Shown here one piece after another: positions 30,046 through 43,379 of a stretch of DNA of 64,000 bases. Location: the NCBI RefSeq assembly GCF_001194135.2, contig NC_068988.1, forward strand, positions 46,265,421 through 46,329,420. Reading direction: 5' to 3'. Position 1 is the stretch's first letter. Each line of letters starts with the position of its first letter. A program made the translations under genes and the position numbers. The notes beneath the pieces were generated by a model. It ran no database searches and had not been told where the DNA came from. It was given only the letters and a program-made list of their open reading frames with translations. Source of the DNA: Octopus bimaculoides. Lineage: Eukaryota.

Positions 30046-30439
30046 CTCTACTTATGTATCATTAAATTTCAAAGTTTCTTGCTGAACATTATAGATTTTT
30101 GATAAGATATTTTTCATTTGATTTTATAATGATTTCATTGTCTCAAATTGATATATGTATCTGTACATATACATACCTGCATACATACATACATGCGTGC
30201 AGACAAGCACACACACACGTACATGAATGTGTGTGTGTATATATTTACGAATTTGTGTGTTTATGTGTGTGTGTATAAATAGACATATATTTATATTCAC
30301 ATATGCATATATATTTACGCATAAATGTATATACACACACATGCACACCCACCCACCCAAACAAACACACACAAATACATATATTAAATATTCTATAATA
30401 CTATATTACAGCTTCATTTCAGTCTATTTTACCAATCAG

Positions 30440-30501
30440 TTGTGTACACAAGAGTTTGGGAAAACCAGTCATGGCACCCACCAGAAGGGCTGGTAGGAAA
30501 A
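30440..30501 (+). CDS. Candidate exon xVYTRVWENQSWHPPEGLVGK
   Basis: Acceptor ctattttaccaatcag and donor AAA|gtaaga; phase-compatible with 24008-24116. Confidence 0.25.
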
Positions 30502-30879
30502 GTAAGACATGAACGCTTTGCCACTGAAAGTCAGAAAGTATCACATCTGATTTGTGGATGTTGTAAAAATTCAGAACAAAAAATTTTAGGAAGAAATCTC
30601 AGAAGGGAGACTTTTGTTCATGAGAATTACGTCATTTGGAAAGGGACAAAATAGTGCCAACACAGTGTAGATTGTGGTTCAGGGTCAGGTGATGATGGAA
30701 TGGGATTAAAGAGTGCAAGAGGTAGTGGAAGGTAGGGATAAGGAGGATTATTTATAAAATCATGTGTGGACACATACATGTATGTATATGTGTTTGTATG
30801 CAATAAGATGGCATGGCAAAACTTATGCCAATGTGATGATGGAAAATATTAAAGGTGGAGCCCTAATTTTTGTATTCAT

Positions 30880-31010
30880 GGTATGGTCAGCCACTTTCCA
30901 GTGACAAATCTGTGGCATGAGTGGGAATTTTCACTTTTTAGTTTACATAGGTGTCCAGGTGAAGAGAGTACTTTAATATGATTTTTTTTCTCTGCTAAGC
31001 AGAGTATGCA
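30880..31010 (-). mobile_element. PLE endonuclease C-terminal remnant
   Basis: CILCLAEK...KLKSENSHSCH resembles the C.LCL.EK...NKRSE...CRH block. Confidence 0.4.
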
Positions 31011-31230
31011 TTTCTTGTTGCAATTGAAAAAAACAAAACTAAAAAAGAACAAGGTTTTCATCACCACAATCAGAGGATTTGGCATAAGGTTTTCTCCACC
31101 TAACTTATTATATGCAGACAAACATTCACATACACATACACATCCATACATGATTTTACGATAAACACTCCCCTAACTATACCTTCCCCAGCAAACACAT
31201 CAATCTCAGGGACTTACCTCAGGTGTTTAC

Positions 31231-31355
31231 CTCATATACAGAGATGGTTCTGATTGATCGCTATCCAAGAGACATGTATCTTCTATGAGTTTTCTTCTAC
31301 AGTTTTCATTCCAATTTTCTACAACATCAGTAAACCAAATCTGACATTCTCTGAC
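31231..31355 (-). CDS. Candidate exon VRECQIWFTDVVENWNENCRRKLIEDTCLLDSDQSEPSLYM
   Basis: Acceptor tctctttgctactatag|G, donor GAG|gtaaac, single open minus frame of 41 codons, plus frames closed. Confidence 0.33.
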
Positions 31356-32443
31356 CTATAGTAGCAAAGAGACTATGCCACACATTTCCTTCATGCTCAG
31401 ATGATGAGAGCTGAGATTAGTTTACCAACACTATTGCATACAAAGATGATTTGCACAATAGGCTAAAGTGAGTCTATGATAATGTATTGCATATACTAAT
31501 ATCCTCACTCTGTTAGAAAACATGAATAAATGTTTCTCTGGCTTATGCATTCTTAGACAACTATATATATATATTTATATATGTTTACCCATCCATATAC
31601 ATGGATATACACATAGTGTCATACTAAATGTATACACACAGTGCAAAGTTAAGCTAATGTCATTATTTTCAGAGTTAAAATCTCTTTGGAGACATGTACT
31701 AAAAACAGTATATATCCTGATGTAAAATGAACATCCCCACAGCAGTGACTCATAGGAATGTTGGACAAGTTTCAGCCTTTTTATGACTTGTCAATAACAT
31801 ATAACTATTTGTTGTGAGGAGTTTGAACAAAATTGTATCCTTCAATATATGGAAAGCTGAAAAATACATTCATGTTACTGAATGCTTCCTGGGCTGTAAA
31901 AAATTCAGCGAATGCAATTGAAACAGCACTAAAATTAAAATCGCCCTCTGCACAAATTGTATACACACTGCATGTGTAGCTTGGCAAGTGTTCTACAATA
32001 GCAGTGGATATATAATTTACCGTTTCTTACATATCATGGCCAGAATTTCATTCAAGCATGAGACAAATGGGTATATAGCAAACCTGAAGAAGGACACAAC
32101 ACATCTAATGTTAAGTAACTTACTGCTGCAGAGACATCTGTTATACATACATACATCCATACACACAAACATAATATATACACACATATATGTGTATGTA
32201 TGTGTGAGTGTGTGTGTGTGTGTGTTTTCTCAGTCAAAAAATACAGCACCATACCTTTCTATGGTTTGTGTATATTTAGTATAATACACTGATGCCCATT
32301 ACAATTTAATGCTGTTTCAATTGTGCTCACTAATATATATGTATGCGTGTATGTTTTGTATGTATGTGTGTGCATGCATTTGTACCTATGTATGCATATG
32401 TCTGTACCAATATGCATGTTAGTAATGGATAAATACCTACATG

Positions 32444-32515
<72 letters not shown>

Positions 32516-33547
32516 CTTAGATATATAATTATACAAAAATACACATATACACATATATACGTAGAAAACTATCAGCATTTAAATTAATTAGATTTAGTAA
32601 TAAAGCAATGAAGATTTAGTAAAATTGTAATTCCTTAGATAATGACAGATATTTTTCATACAGCCACTAGCATACTTAGTCACAAGCATATTCACACATA
32701 CACACACATACGTACATATATATTAATAACTGTGTGTTTGTGTGTGTATATGTATATATATATCCACACACACACACATACATACATATGCATGTATATG
32801 TGTGTGCAATGCATATTTATACACACACATATATATACACAAGAATATATAGACATGCATATATATACATTAATGAAAAACAAATTGCACATTAACAAAT
32901 AAAAGGAATATAAAACTATGATTATCACTCACTCGTCATTCAATCACATTCGTAGCAATTGATTTACTATTTCCGGGCTAATGTAATAATTTTGAAAACT
33001 TGGAAATTTTATTATAAATTCTTACAACCCCTCTTCCCCATCCCCTACAAACCACTCACCCATAATCTTATTCCATTTTATTTTAATTTCTTTTCTGACT
33101 TATTTTCAAATTTAATTATTATATATATATTTTTTATTTATTTAAATATATATCTTTGACAAAATGCGATATGAGAAGTTATGCGATAGAATTTAATATA
33201 TGTACCTCCCCGCTTATCCTACTTACCATTGCCATCATCAATTAGCAATCAGCAAAAACTGTTGTTGCTACTACTACTGCTGCTTTTGCTGCTGCTACTG
33301 CTGTTGCTGTAGTGTAGTTGTTATAAATTGTTGTTCTTTTTTTTACTTTTGTGTTTTTTGTCTTTTTTACTTTTGTACTTTACACTTTTTTTTATATATA
33401 TATTACTGATTTTGTTTTGGGTGATAAGCTGATAGTGTTTTTTTTTTTTTTTAGCTAATTGTCACAAAACAATAAAATGTTCTAATTTCCGGGACTACAA
33501 ATTGAGTTTAAAAAGCATTTAGTAAGGTGGGAAAATTTAGAAATGTG

Positions 33548-33591
<44 letters not shown>

Positions 33592-33879
33592 TGTGTGTGT
33601 ATATATATGTGCCTATGTATGTGAGTGTGTATGTATTCAAAAATGAAAATTAAAACTGAGTAAATGATATGATCTCTCTCTTCAAATTCTCTGTAAGTGA
33701 TGCTGAAGAAAATGAGAAATGACAATAGTAATCAGCACCATCTTCATCGTGATTGTCATCATTGTCATCATCCCCATCTTCATCATTCTAGCTCCACTGA
33801 TTCTGCCATCCAATGTAATAATAATAATAATAATAATTATAATGATAATAATAATGATAATAATAATAATAACCCTTTC

Positions 33880-34082
33880 TACTATATGCATAGGGCCTGA
33901 AATTTAGGGGAGGGGTATAATCAATTACATCGACCCCAGTACTCAACTGGTACTTAATTTATCGATTCTGAAAGAATGAAAGGCAAAGTCGACCTTGGCA
34001 GAATTTCAACTCAGAACATAAAGATCGACAAAATACTACTTTTGCTCAGTGTGCTAACGATTCTGCCAGCTCACCACCTTAA

Positions 34083-34119
<37 letters not shown>

Positions 34120-34520
34120 TTATTTCTTTATTGCCCACAGGGGGCTAAACATTGACGGGACAAACAAGGACAGACAAGGCTATTAAGTCAATTACATCAA
34201 TGCCATTGATTGACTGGTACTTATATATTCAACCCCAAAAGGATGAAAGGCAAAGTCGACCTTGATGGAATTTGAACTCAGAATGTAATGGCAGATGATG
34301 ATGATGATGATTTCAAATTTTGGCACAAGGCCATAAGTTTTAGAAGGAGAGGGTTAGTTGATTACACCAACTTCAGTATTTGACTGATAAACTATTTTCC
34401 TTTGACCTTGAAAGGATAAAATACAATGTCAGCCTCAAAAGGATTTGAACTCAAAATGCCAAGATATAAAAGAAATTCTGCAAGACAATTTATCTGATAC
34501 TTTAATGATTCCATCAATTT
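33880..34520 (-). mobile_element. Cluster of three family N SINE copies separated by (TAA)n/(GAT)n
   Basis: Repeated gaaaggatgaaaggcaaagtcgacc..ggaatttgaactcagaa. The middle copy carries an AATAAAGAAAT tail on the minus strand. Confidence 0.8.
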
Positions 34521-35209
34521 GCAACTGCACACGACCAAAGCCTAATGAAACAAAGCAATGAAAACAGTTGTTAGTATGAAGTGTAGACTCTTCAGTCCCC
34601 ACAATTTAACAATTGACCACATTATTTCTGGTTGTTTGCCAAATCTTAAGTACAGTCATCAATCCAAAGTTAGCATTTATTTTTCCTTGGTGCAATGCTG
34701 ACTTTAGGGAGATACAGATATGATAAGCACTTAAACCAACCATACCCAGTCAAAATAATCTACCTGTTTTATCTTCAAATTGGCAAAATCTGGCCTCACA
34801 CTTACACTATAATATTTGTCTAAAAATAAACAATCATGTCTTTGAAATCTCAAAGCTACAAGATAATGTGTGACTAATTCATATCAAAGCTACAGGATAA
34901 TGTGTGACTAATTCATATCAGAGAAAATCTGAATGCTAAAAAGGGTTAAGCAAAAGGCTTACTTGGCCCCAAATATCTGGAATATGCTTGTTCAGATTGA
35001 CAAGGTGATCAAGGAAAATCATCACAGTATAATTACCTAAGTAAGAAAAGGAACAAAAAGAATTTGTTTTCATGTAGACAATTTGATCTCTTCGGTTTAA
35101 ATTATTGCCTGAGATTAAGTAGAGAAACTATTTAAGTAGAATGGTCTTAAAACAAAATTAACCAAGATGAAAAGTACAACAGCAAAAAGTGTATTAAAAA
35201 TATTCTACT

Positions 35210-35530
35210 GGAACTCTGCCGGTTAAGACAATGAGTGTTCTAGTTGATCTGATCAATGGGACAGCCTGCTCATGAAATTAATGTGAAAGTGGATGAGTAC
35301 TCTGCAGACATGCAAACCCTTAACATAGTTCTCAGGGATATTCAGCATGACACAAAAGTTGACAAAGCAGGCCCCTTTGAATTGAATTAAAGGTACAACT
35401 CATTTTTATCAGCTGAGTTTACTGGAGCAATACAAAATAAAGTGCCTTGCTCTAAGACACAATGTACTGTCAGGAATTGAACTCATGACCTTACAGTCAT
35501 GGGCTGAATATGCTAACCACTCGGGTATAC
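35210..35530 (-). mobile_element. SINE family C
   Basis: Homologous to 45630-45998, including a degenerate tRNA-like head (ggaattgaactcatgacc...ctaaccac). Confidence 0.7.
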
Positions 35531-36661
35531 ACTTTCATTAATAACTGAGATGATAAACAGAAACATGAACAAAAGTATGTAAAGCACACCAGTGTTCACA
35601 ACATCGCACGCAGCAGCCCTAGAAGTCTATTCCCATTAGTGACATCTTGCATGCTACACAACACACTTTCCATTCATTTGTGTACAGAAACTGTATTCAA
35701 TACATTCTCTGCACTCAAATTATACATACACCACATTAAACACTAAATAAAATAACAGAACTTACACAACACATGTGCTCTTATATATTCAATGCTTAAC
35801 ACTATAATACCAACGAATCAATACTCAACTCATATTCTACTCAGATACCATGTGATACAGTCTGCAAAACGCATACTCTACAGAATCACTATCTGACACC
35901 GTAACCCTTAACAAAAGCTGCTGAAAACATGCAATGCATGAGCACCATCCTATAAAACGAGACAACACATATTGCACATACACTAAACAAAATATAGCAC
36001 AGTAAAATTATTCCAGAAATTATAAAACCCATCGCACAACAAAGACATACAATTGTTGTATGAAAAAAAACAAAACACAATTCTACATTTATAAGTGGAG
36101 ATGCTGCACACTTATCTGCAACCTGGAAGTAAACTCATTGGTGTAGTTGAAACAAGCATGAAACTGCCACAAACATAAAGATTGCAAAAACCATAAAACA
36201 TGTTAAGTTATCAATTATTCAACTCACAAGAAACTTCGTTTATATACCTTTCTGCAGTGAGATTAACCAGTCAGTCTCCTTGAAGGTTCCAGCCGTGATC
36301 TGCCATTATGTGCATCACACTTTCGCTAGAACCTCCCTTCCCTTGTTTTATAACCTGATGAAATCATTCTCCTTGTTTTTTTCTTCTATATAAATCAACA
36401 AGATTTTTTTTTTCTAGGAAGCAATATCTAACTGATTGCTTATGTTACAGTGAAGCTTGTTAAAACTTGTGATCAATCTCCACTATGAATTCAGCATAGT
36501 TCTATGTCTTATGTTTAACTATAAAGTTTTTGACAACAGAAATACACAAATATCCAACAAAGGATTTGTAATACAGTTCTATATTTAAGAGATGAGGAAT
36601 TATTTACATTATTTACATTATCTACATTTGACGGATATTCGTCCTCATCTTGTTTGTTGTT

Positions 36662-36707
36662 AACACAACGTTTCGGCTGATATACCCTCCAGCCTTCGTC
36701 AGGTGTC
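36662..36707 (-). ncRNA. Minimal type I hammerhead ribozyme motif (inverted copy)
   Basis: Reverse complement of 36921-36966, identical. Confidence 0.6.
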
Positions 36708-36920
36708 TTGGGGAAATTTCAAACCTGGGTTCTCATTCCTATCGATGTTACTATTATGGGCATATGGCATAGTGGTTAAGAGTGCGGGCTACTAACCCCA
36801 AGGTTCCGAGTTCGATTCACGGCAGCGACCTGATTAATAATAATAATAATATAATAATAATAATATAATAATAATAATAACATCGATAGGAATGAGAACC
36901 CAGGTTCGAAATTTCCCCAA

Positions 36921-36966
36921 GACACCTGACGAAGGCTGGAGGGTATATCAGCCGAAACGTTGTGTT
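36921..36966 (+). ncRNA. Minimal type I hammerhead ribozyme motif (PLE-type, dimer-dependent)
   Basis: Stem I GACAC/GTGTT; core CTGACGA(A); stem II GGCTG-gagggtatat-CAGCC; GAAAC; GTT cleavage triplet; palindromic ACGT in place of stem III. Activity untested. Confidence 0.6.
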
Positions 36967-37249
36967 AACAACAAACAAGATGAGGACGAATATCCGTCAA
37001 ATGTAGATAATGTAAATAATGTAAAGGATTTGTTTTGTCCATTATATACATGAAATGTGAACCTTTTATAAAATCCTTTATTTGGGGTCCAAATCTGTGG
37101 GATTGTTGTTGTTCAGTCCAGTGAATTTACTGCATAAATAACAAGGTGGACATTGGAGTTAAAGTATTAAAAAACAAAAGGAAGTATTAAACTGATTTAG
37201 TAAAGTGTGCCTATTCTAATTGTGTATAAAATATAGATAGCATTAATAT

Positions 37250-38350
37250 TGTTGATATTCTTGTATCAAACTAGCAGTTTATTTATTAATTAGTAAGGTG
37301 AGGGTGAGGCTAATGGTATCCCAAATATACTCAAGGATAGACCTAGGGCCCCTGTTTTCAGTGCATGAGACAGTATATCAGCATATGAAATGTTATGCAA
37401 TACCTTTAAAACTAGAGTTGGTAAAGGAAAACTTGTGGTCCATTTGGAATAAGAACCCCAGCTATTAGTTATAACTTCCAAAGCACTAACATGTGCAGTT
37501 GCTAAATGAAGGCCATTCAGTTTTGGTATAAGTCTACAAATTTGGTTTGTGGTCTTGTTGAAAGAATCTATCACAGCATTTAACTTGTACTATTTCATTG
37601 TCCCTGAAGCAAAAGATCATGAGAGCCAGGCAATAATTTACTGCTGAACTGATGTAGTCTTTTGTCAGGACTGTTTGATGTTTCAGGAAGAGCTTCTGTT
37701 TAGTTCCTTTTTCAGTGAACCTGGTCTTGTTGTAGGTTTTGTCTACCAGGATACCAGGAGGTTCAGTCCAAACCAGATCCCAAATACCTTATCTAGACCC
37801 TCAGTTCAGCCACAGAAACAGTTGCCTTGCAGCATGAACTTGCCCTTCTTCGTGCTGAACTTTAATTCCATTTACCTATTCTGGACAATGTAGGCTCTTG
37901 ATACTTCTTTGTAAATCTCTAGTATAGTGTTGATAACTTGATTTTTGATGAGTCAGATACCATCATGATGAGATCATCCACATAAGACTTTACTCTCCTG
38001 AAGGAGTGAAATGGATTTCAAAGTCTCCAACCACTATAGCAATGGCTTGGACTCCAAAACATAATGAAGAGACAAGAGGGACATCTTTAGTGAGCTGAGA
38101 ATAGGATGCAGAACAGTTCCGATAGATGGCCACTTAGTTTCATCACTGAACAGATACCTCAGTTCATTTTAGTAATCCAACCATGGAAGATAGGGACTAA
38201 ACCCACTTTGCTGCTACTAAGTATTGATGGGTGACCCTGTCAAAAGCTTTCAATTGACCTAAATTGATAGAAACCATACTGAAATTGGATCTACTGCCAA
38301 TATACTCTATAATATATTGCATGAGATGGAGATTGTTATACATAGATCAG
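37250..38350 (-). mobile_element. L1/Tx1-clade LINE RT remnant
   Basis: Minus strand: SINLGQLKAFDRVTHQYL..GF...GWIT..SGHLSELF and SYVDDL. Confidence 0.7.
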
Positions 38351-39849
38351 TTAGAGACTGCACAAGTTTTTAAGCTTGAAACTACACTAATGATGAGAAA
38401 TGCAAAAATCTTGATGAACAAGATAATAGTAACTAATTTCTGATAACGGTATGAGAAAACAAATAATTTTTCAAAGAGAACCTAGATGATTTTATGAATC
38501 CTGGAAGGAAGAGAAGCAAAGTTGATCTTAGCATAATATGAACTCAGAACATAAAGAAGTCTAACTAAATACTGCAAGGCATTTTCTCTGCCACTCTATC
38601 AATTCTGCTCTCCTCTGCCTTAATAACATTGTAATAGTGATAAATATATGAAAAAGAAAAGGCTAATATCTTCAGGAAGCATGATGCCTCGACAACAAAA
38701 TCCAATAGCCACATCAATGTCGACTATAACATGATTTTGGATAAAATGAGATCTGGTGTTGCTATGATAATTTGATTTATTCAGACTGTCAGAGATGAAG
38801 ATAGTTTGAATAAATCAAGTCGTTTTTATTAACAAAACAAACGCAAAAAAAAAAAAAAAATATCCAACAAACTTGATGATATTTCAATAAAATGTTTGTT
38901 GATTTTTCTGAGAATACATTCAATGTTTTTACATCCTGCCATCAGTGGGTGATCAGCAGAATGATATCAGTGTACAGCAACAACAACACAACAACAAAAA
39001 TAATAATTACAACAACAAAAACACCAATAACAATTACTACAACAACAGAAAAATCTATTTCAATACTGGTTTCTAATTGCATCCATAAAAACTTTATGGA
39101 ATGCATTTAATTTAAGAAGATAATAATCACTGATGTCGGGTGTCTGGATGGAAGGGACAATTATTCTGAGTATTTAAATCATGTGAGGTATCACTAGTTA
39201 TGCTGAACTATTCCATCTGTAAAATTTGTCTTCATATATATTTGTATATTTGGTTTATTTTAAATATAAATAGCATGGAACATGACCGTTAAATGGTGAT
39301 GATGATGATGGGAATTGAAAAATAGGATGTAAAACAACACAGTATACATGACAGAGTAATCTTAAAAGTGTTTAAAACCTATAAAACATAAAGTATTTCA
39401 TTGCACTGATGTCTGATAATTTCAGCATGTTTCTATATGATGATAATTTTTTATATTGGGTATAGGGTACAATCATTTTAATTGAACCCAGTGCATGACT
39501 AGTAGATAAGCTATCTACTCTGAAGAAATGAAAATATTTGAATTCAGAATATTTTGGAACAAAATTTAACATGATTAATATAATAATAATTGCACATGTG
39601 TCAGTGGTCAAATGGATAAAAGTATTAATATTATACTAAGCTTAAAGTTAAAGGTTCTTTGTTCAAATCCAATTCAGAATTATGCATATAACCAAGAATA
39701 AAACATCTATTTAATAGTGGTCAACACAATTAAAAATCTAAAGAAGCTAAAATTTGTACAGATAAGATTAATAATCTAGTATAGGGGATACACTGCATGA
39801 CCATTCTCATTCTTCCATCCTTGATTTCCAGATCAGTAACAATGTGAGT

Positions 39850-40260
39850 TAAACTGCCGTAGAATGACACAAGTTATCTGTGTGTCTGTCTGTCTATCTA
39901 TCTATCACCACCATGCTTTGCAGAACGCCTTTCACAGAGTTGTTGCTGGGTATTCACTTTTTGCCAATAGAAATTTGGCCATTTATGGTTGGTTTTCCTC
40001 TGCACACTATACTGGAAATCCAGTCTTCACATACATAGAGTGAAAGCCCATAAAGAATTTTAAACTTCATTGGCTACCCTCAGACTCAATTTAGCCAACC
40101 TGCCAATGCTATTAGCAGAAGGTGGTGCACGGCTTCTTGCAGACAGTTCATGGATATACAGCTGAAATATAGGCACCCAGAAGAGGGAGATAGTGGCAGA
40201 TGAACTGTTTGGGAAAATAGTTGGTAGAAGCCCCTTCAAAAGTTTTACCTTTCTTTTATA
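39850..40260 (+). mobile_element. Possible L2/Crack-type LINE 3' remnant
   Basis: IGYP...ARLLADSS after a frameshift; degenerate. Confidence 0.35.
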
Positions 40261-41400
40261 CCCTTTACTTCACTATAACCCAAGTCCAGCACAAGCCAAA
40301 AATTCTTGGAACTACAAACAGATCACAGAATTTTCATTGCATTGGTCAGGGAATCAAGTACCTCCCATAGTTTCCTAACTCATAAGTGTATAAAAAATGG
40401 AATGTATAATATCGTACAAAACAGGGTTCTCTAGCAACTTATGCAAATATGTCCTTTGTTGGTGGGCAAATGAAGGACAAATATGAAAAAGAAAAGTTTG
40501 GAATATGATGCAGTTATACGCCACATTCAAATATCAAAGAAGGGAAATATTCTTTGTCTGAAACTCTAATAATTCTGGTGCTCTGCTGCCCCTTATTTTA
40601 AAATCACTCATAGAAAAGATACAATGAATTTCGTTCTTGGAATTTTAAGAAAACCAAACTTCATTTCCCATCTGTAAAGATTGATATCTTAGCACGATTA
40701 TTAAGGAATGAAGCCACTGAATAAACCATGCAAAAATTGAATACATCATGCAATAACTTGCTGATAGTGTATATATTGTGAACACTACAAAAGTGATGTA
40801 TCATATAAATTAACTATCTACTTGCCAGGCTATAAACCTCATGCATGTCTTTTGATTCATGGTCAGACAGACCTTTGTAAATTAAACAAAACAAAATATT
40901 TACAGTGGATTTCTTCAATTTAGTGTTGCTAGTTGAATATTTTTCTTACTTCACTATTTTGTTTCTATTTTTTTTTTTTTTAACAAAATTATCAATTCTA
41001 TATGTTCAGCAAGCAAGGTGTTGCTTGTTATATTGTCACCTGTTTTGTTTCATAATATACAATAGATTGCAAGGCATGCAACTCAGAACTTGTGCAGACA
41101 ACCTATCTATGAAAGCATCTACATTAGAAATACATCATAACTGCCTGGAAAAGGGACCAAGTAGATCATTCCCTATTCTCCGAAAGTTTTAAGAGAATTA
41201 AAGTATAATAAATGAATCCAAACTTTGATGTAATGTCCACTTAAGCAATGTTTCTCTTCAAGAATACCAAGGTACTGAGATGAACTGACACGAAGCTAAA
41301 AATGGTAAGGAACTTTGTAAAAACATTCTTAGATTTACAGCAGCAACTGATAAGAAACTAAGTGCTCTAGTGAAACAAAAATAACTCATAATCTTCTCAA

Positions 41401-41444
<44 letters not shown>

Positions 41445-41515
41445 GAAGAAGAAGAACAACAACAACAGGGTTCCACAGACAAAGGTGTATAAACATATTC
41501 ATACACATATATGTA

Positions 41516-41546
<31 letters not shown>

Positions 41547-41551
41547 CACAC

Positions 41552-41596
<45 letters not shown>

Positions 41597-41817
41597 TGAA
41601 AGGTAGCTATCATTTAAAAAATAAATGCACTCCCCTAAGGTAAAAAGCTTTTGTTAGTCATTGATTCATCTGTAGTTCTCATTTATCCAGATAAACAAAT
41701 AAACATTTTCCAATTAATTCATCGTATAGCTTTATATTATGGAAAAGATATGAAGAAAAAGAAGTGTAAAACATAAAATTAAATGAAAATATAGTTTCCG
41801 ATTTTGTTTGTTTACAG

Positions 41818-41929
41818 GTGATGGTCTTTTTCGGATTTTTAGTACAACTGTTAATGAGCAATTATTTTTACATGAGAATGGCACATCTTGAGACAAAATG
41901 TCTCTGTCATCTTTTAAAGAAGCCAGGCA
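41818..41929 (+). CDS. Candidate exon VMVFFGFLVQLLMSNYFYMRMAHLETKCLCHLLKKPG
   Basis: Consensus acceptor ttttgtttgtttacag|G and donor CA|gtaagt; one open frame; product unidentified. Confidence 0.3.
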
Positions 41930-43099
41930 GTAAGTCTATATCATTAATTTCCATTTGAAGCAATACTTGTCTGTTTAATTGGGTAGCTTTCAAACACCTT
42001 CCAAGACCGACCAATAGCTGTAACTGGAACCAATGCCAAATCAACTTGTATCTGCTTGCAGATAATTTGTAAAGAACTCTTTGAATGGTTTTATCATGGT
42101 AGTTGCAATGTACTCAAATTTGTTCTGTCTGCTACTTCACTGTGTTTACTATATACTTATTATATATCCCATTATTATTAACAATGGTTGTGTGGTTAAG
42201 AAGTTAGCCTTGTAACTTTGTGTTCCTTGGATCGATCCAATCATGTGGCATCTTGTGTATGTGCTTTCTATTACAGAGGGAAGTTGACCATTGCTTCATA
42301 TTGTGGAAATTGGCAGCTGGAAAGTATATGAAAACCTGATGCACACAAACACACAAACACACATTTGTGTGCTTGTGCATGTTAGTATAAATAATTTGAG
42401 TTATTTGTATTACAACAGTGAGGTAAATGCCTAAAAGGGACAGATATCAATAAGTAAATTCAACCATTTATAAACCATTTATTAACAAAAATAAAAGGAG
42501 AACAATGCTAAGCAATGGGTTCAATATAACCTGTTAAAATCCTTGGAGGTTGTCTCCTAGTATGATTACAGTTAATACCTGGAACCAAAAGAGAAGAATA
42601 TTTCATCTTAAAAGTGTGTAAGGCACGACGCATGCATGCGTGCATGTATGCTGTTTTAGGCAGGATCATTCGACGAAGATCCATGGTTGCACTTTCAGAT
42701 TCTAGTTTTGTTTACTTTAACATTTCTTTTGGGTAAGCATTAAACTATGATTATTGGCAGATGGATATTCTGTTATTCCTTTTCAGATTTCATTCATTGG
42801 ACAGTCTTCTATGACTTCAGTCTATTTTATCGCCCTAGAATTTGTTTAGTAAATCGTTTTTATTGATTTCACGAGTGGGAAAGGCAAATGCGACTCGGGT
42901 ATAAAGGGATGTAACAAGAACAAATATTACTAAGCAATTTGTTTGATAAACTGGTTCTGTCCTTACCGTGAGACATTTTAAACACACTCACGTGCTGACA
43001 CACCTACACCACTACAAAGCCTATTCAAAAGGAAACCGAAGTTTTAAAACAGTGTGCTAACCAACTGCCACAACGTGTTCCGTATTACAATACTTCCTA

Positions 43100-43320
43100 T
43101 ATGAGCGGGTGCTGAAAGGTTCGTGGCTTTAAGGGTGTTGGAAAAGGCCTGGTTGGAGGCCCAACATTCCAAGTTCTTTTACAGGACTTAGAACATCTGA
43201 AAGTCTGCAACAGTAATTGTGTGAATATGAGACAGGAATATGTTGAATAAAATCATAATTAACTGATCCTCACCATTTTTCTTTTACCTAAAACCAGGAA
43301 CTTTTCAGCACACCCTCGTA
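43100..43320. mobile_element. Mariner-family MITE with ~30-bp TIRs and TA ends
   Basis: Left TA-tgagcgggtgctgaaaggttcgtggcttta versus right taaaaccaggaacttttcagcacaccctcg-TA. Confidence 0.8.
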
Positions 43321-43379
43321 GGTGACTTTGACCTTCAGTCAAGTAATGTTAACATTATTCCAGATCTACAAGTGCTAGA

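Larger units (their letters stand above)
36559..37033. mobile_element. Family H SINE insertion with fold-back: inverted 3' body (36570-36757) + tRNA head (36758-) + body, flanked by TSD aaaggatttgt
   Basis: Arms 36603-36750 and 36878-37025 are reverse complements with 1 mismatch. A box TGGCATAGTGG at 36765-36775; B box GTTCGATTC at 36810-36818; aaaggatttgt at 36559-36569 and 37023-37033. Confidence 0.9.

Noticed and set aside
36758-36832. tRNA-like sequence with CTACTAA loop
   Set aside because: The anticodon stem is imperfect, the acceptor stem is not closed, and it is fused to a SINE body; it is a tRNA-derived head, not a tRNA gene.
41987-42068. Plus-frame RPIAVTGTNAKSTC resembling a Mur-ligase/FolC P-loop
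   Set aside because: The key Gly is missing, the frame is short and not phase-compatible with the adjacent candidate exon, and no other domain sequence is nearby; probably chance.
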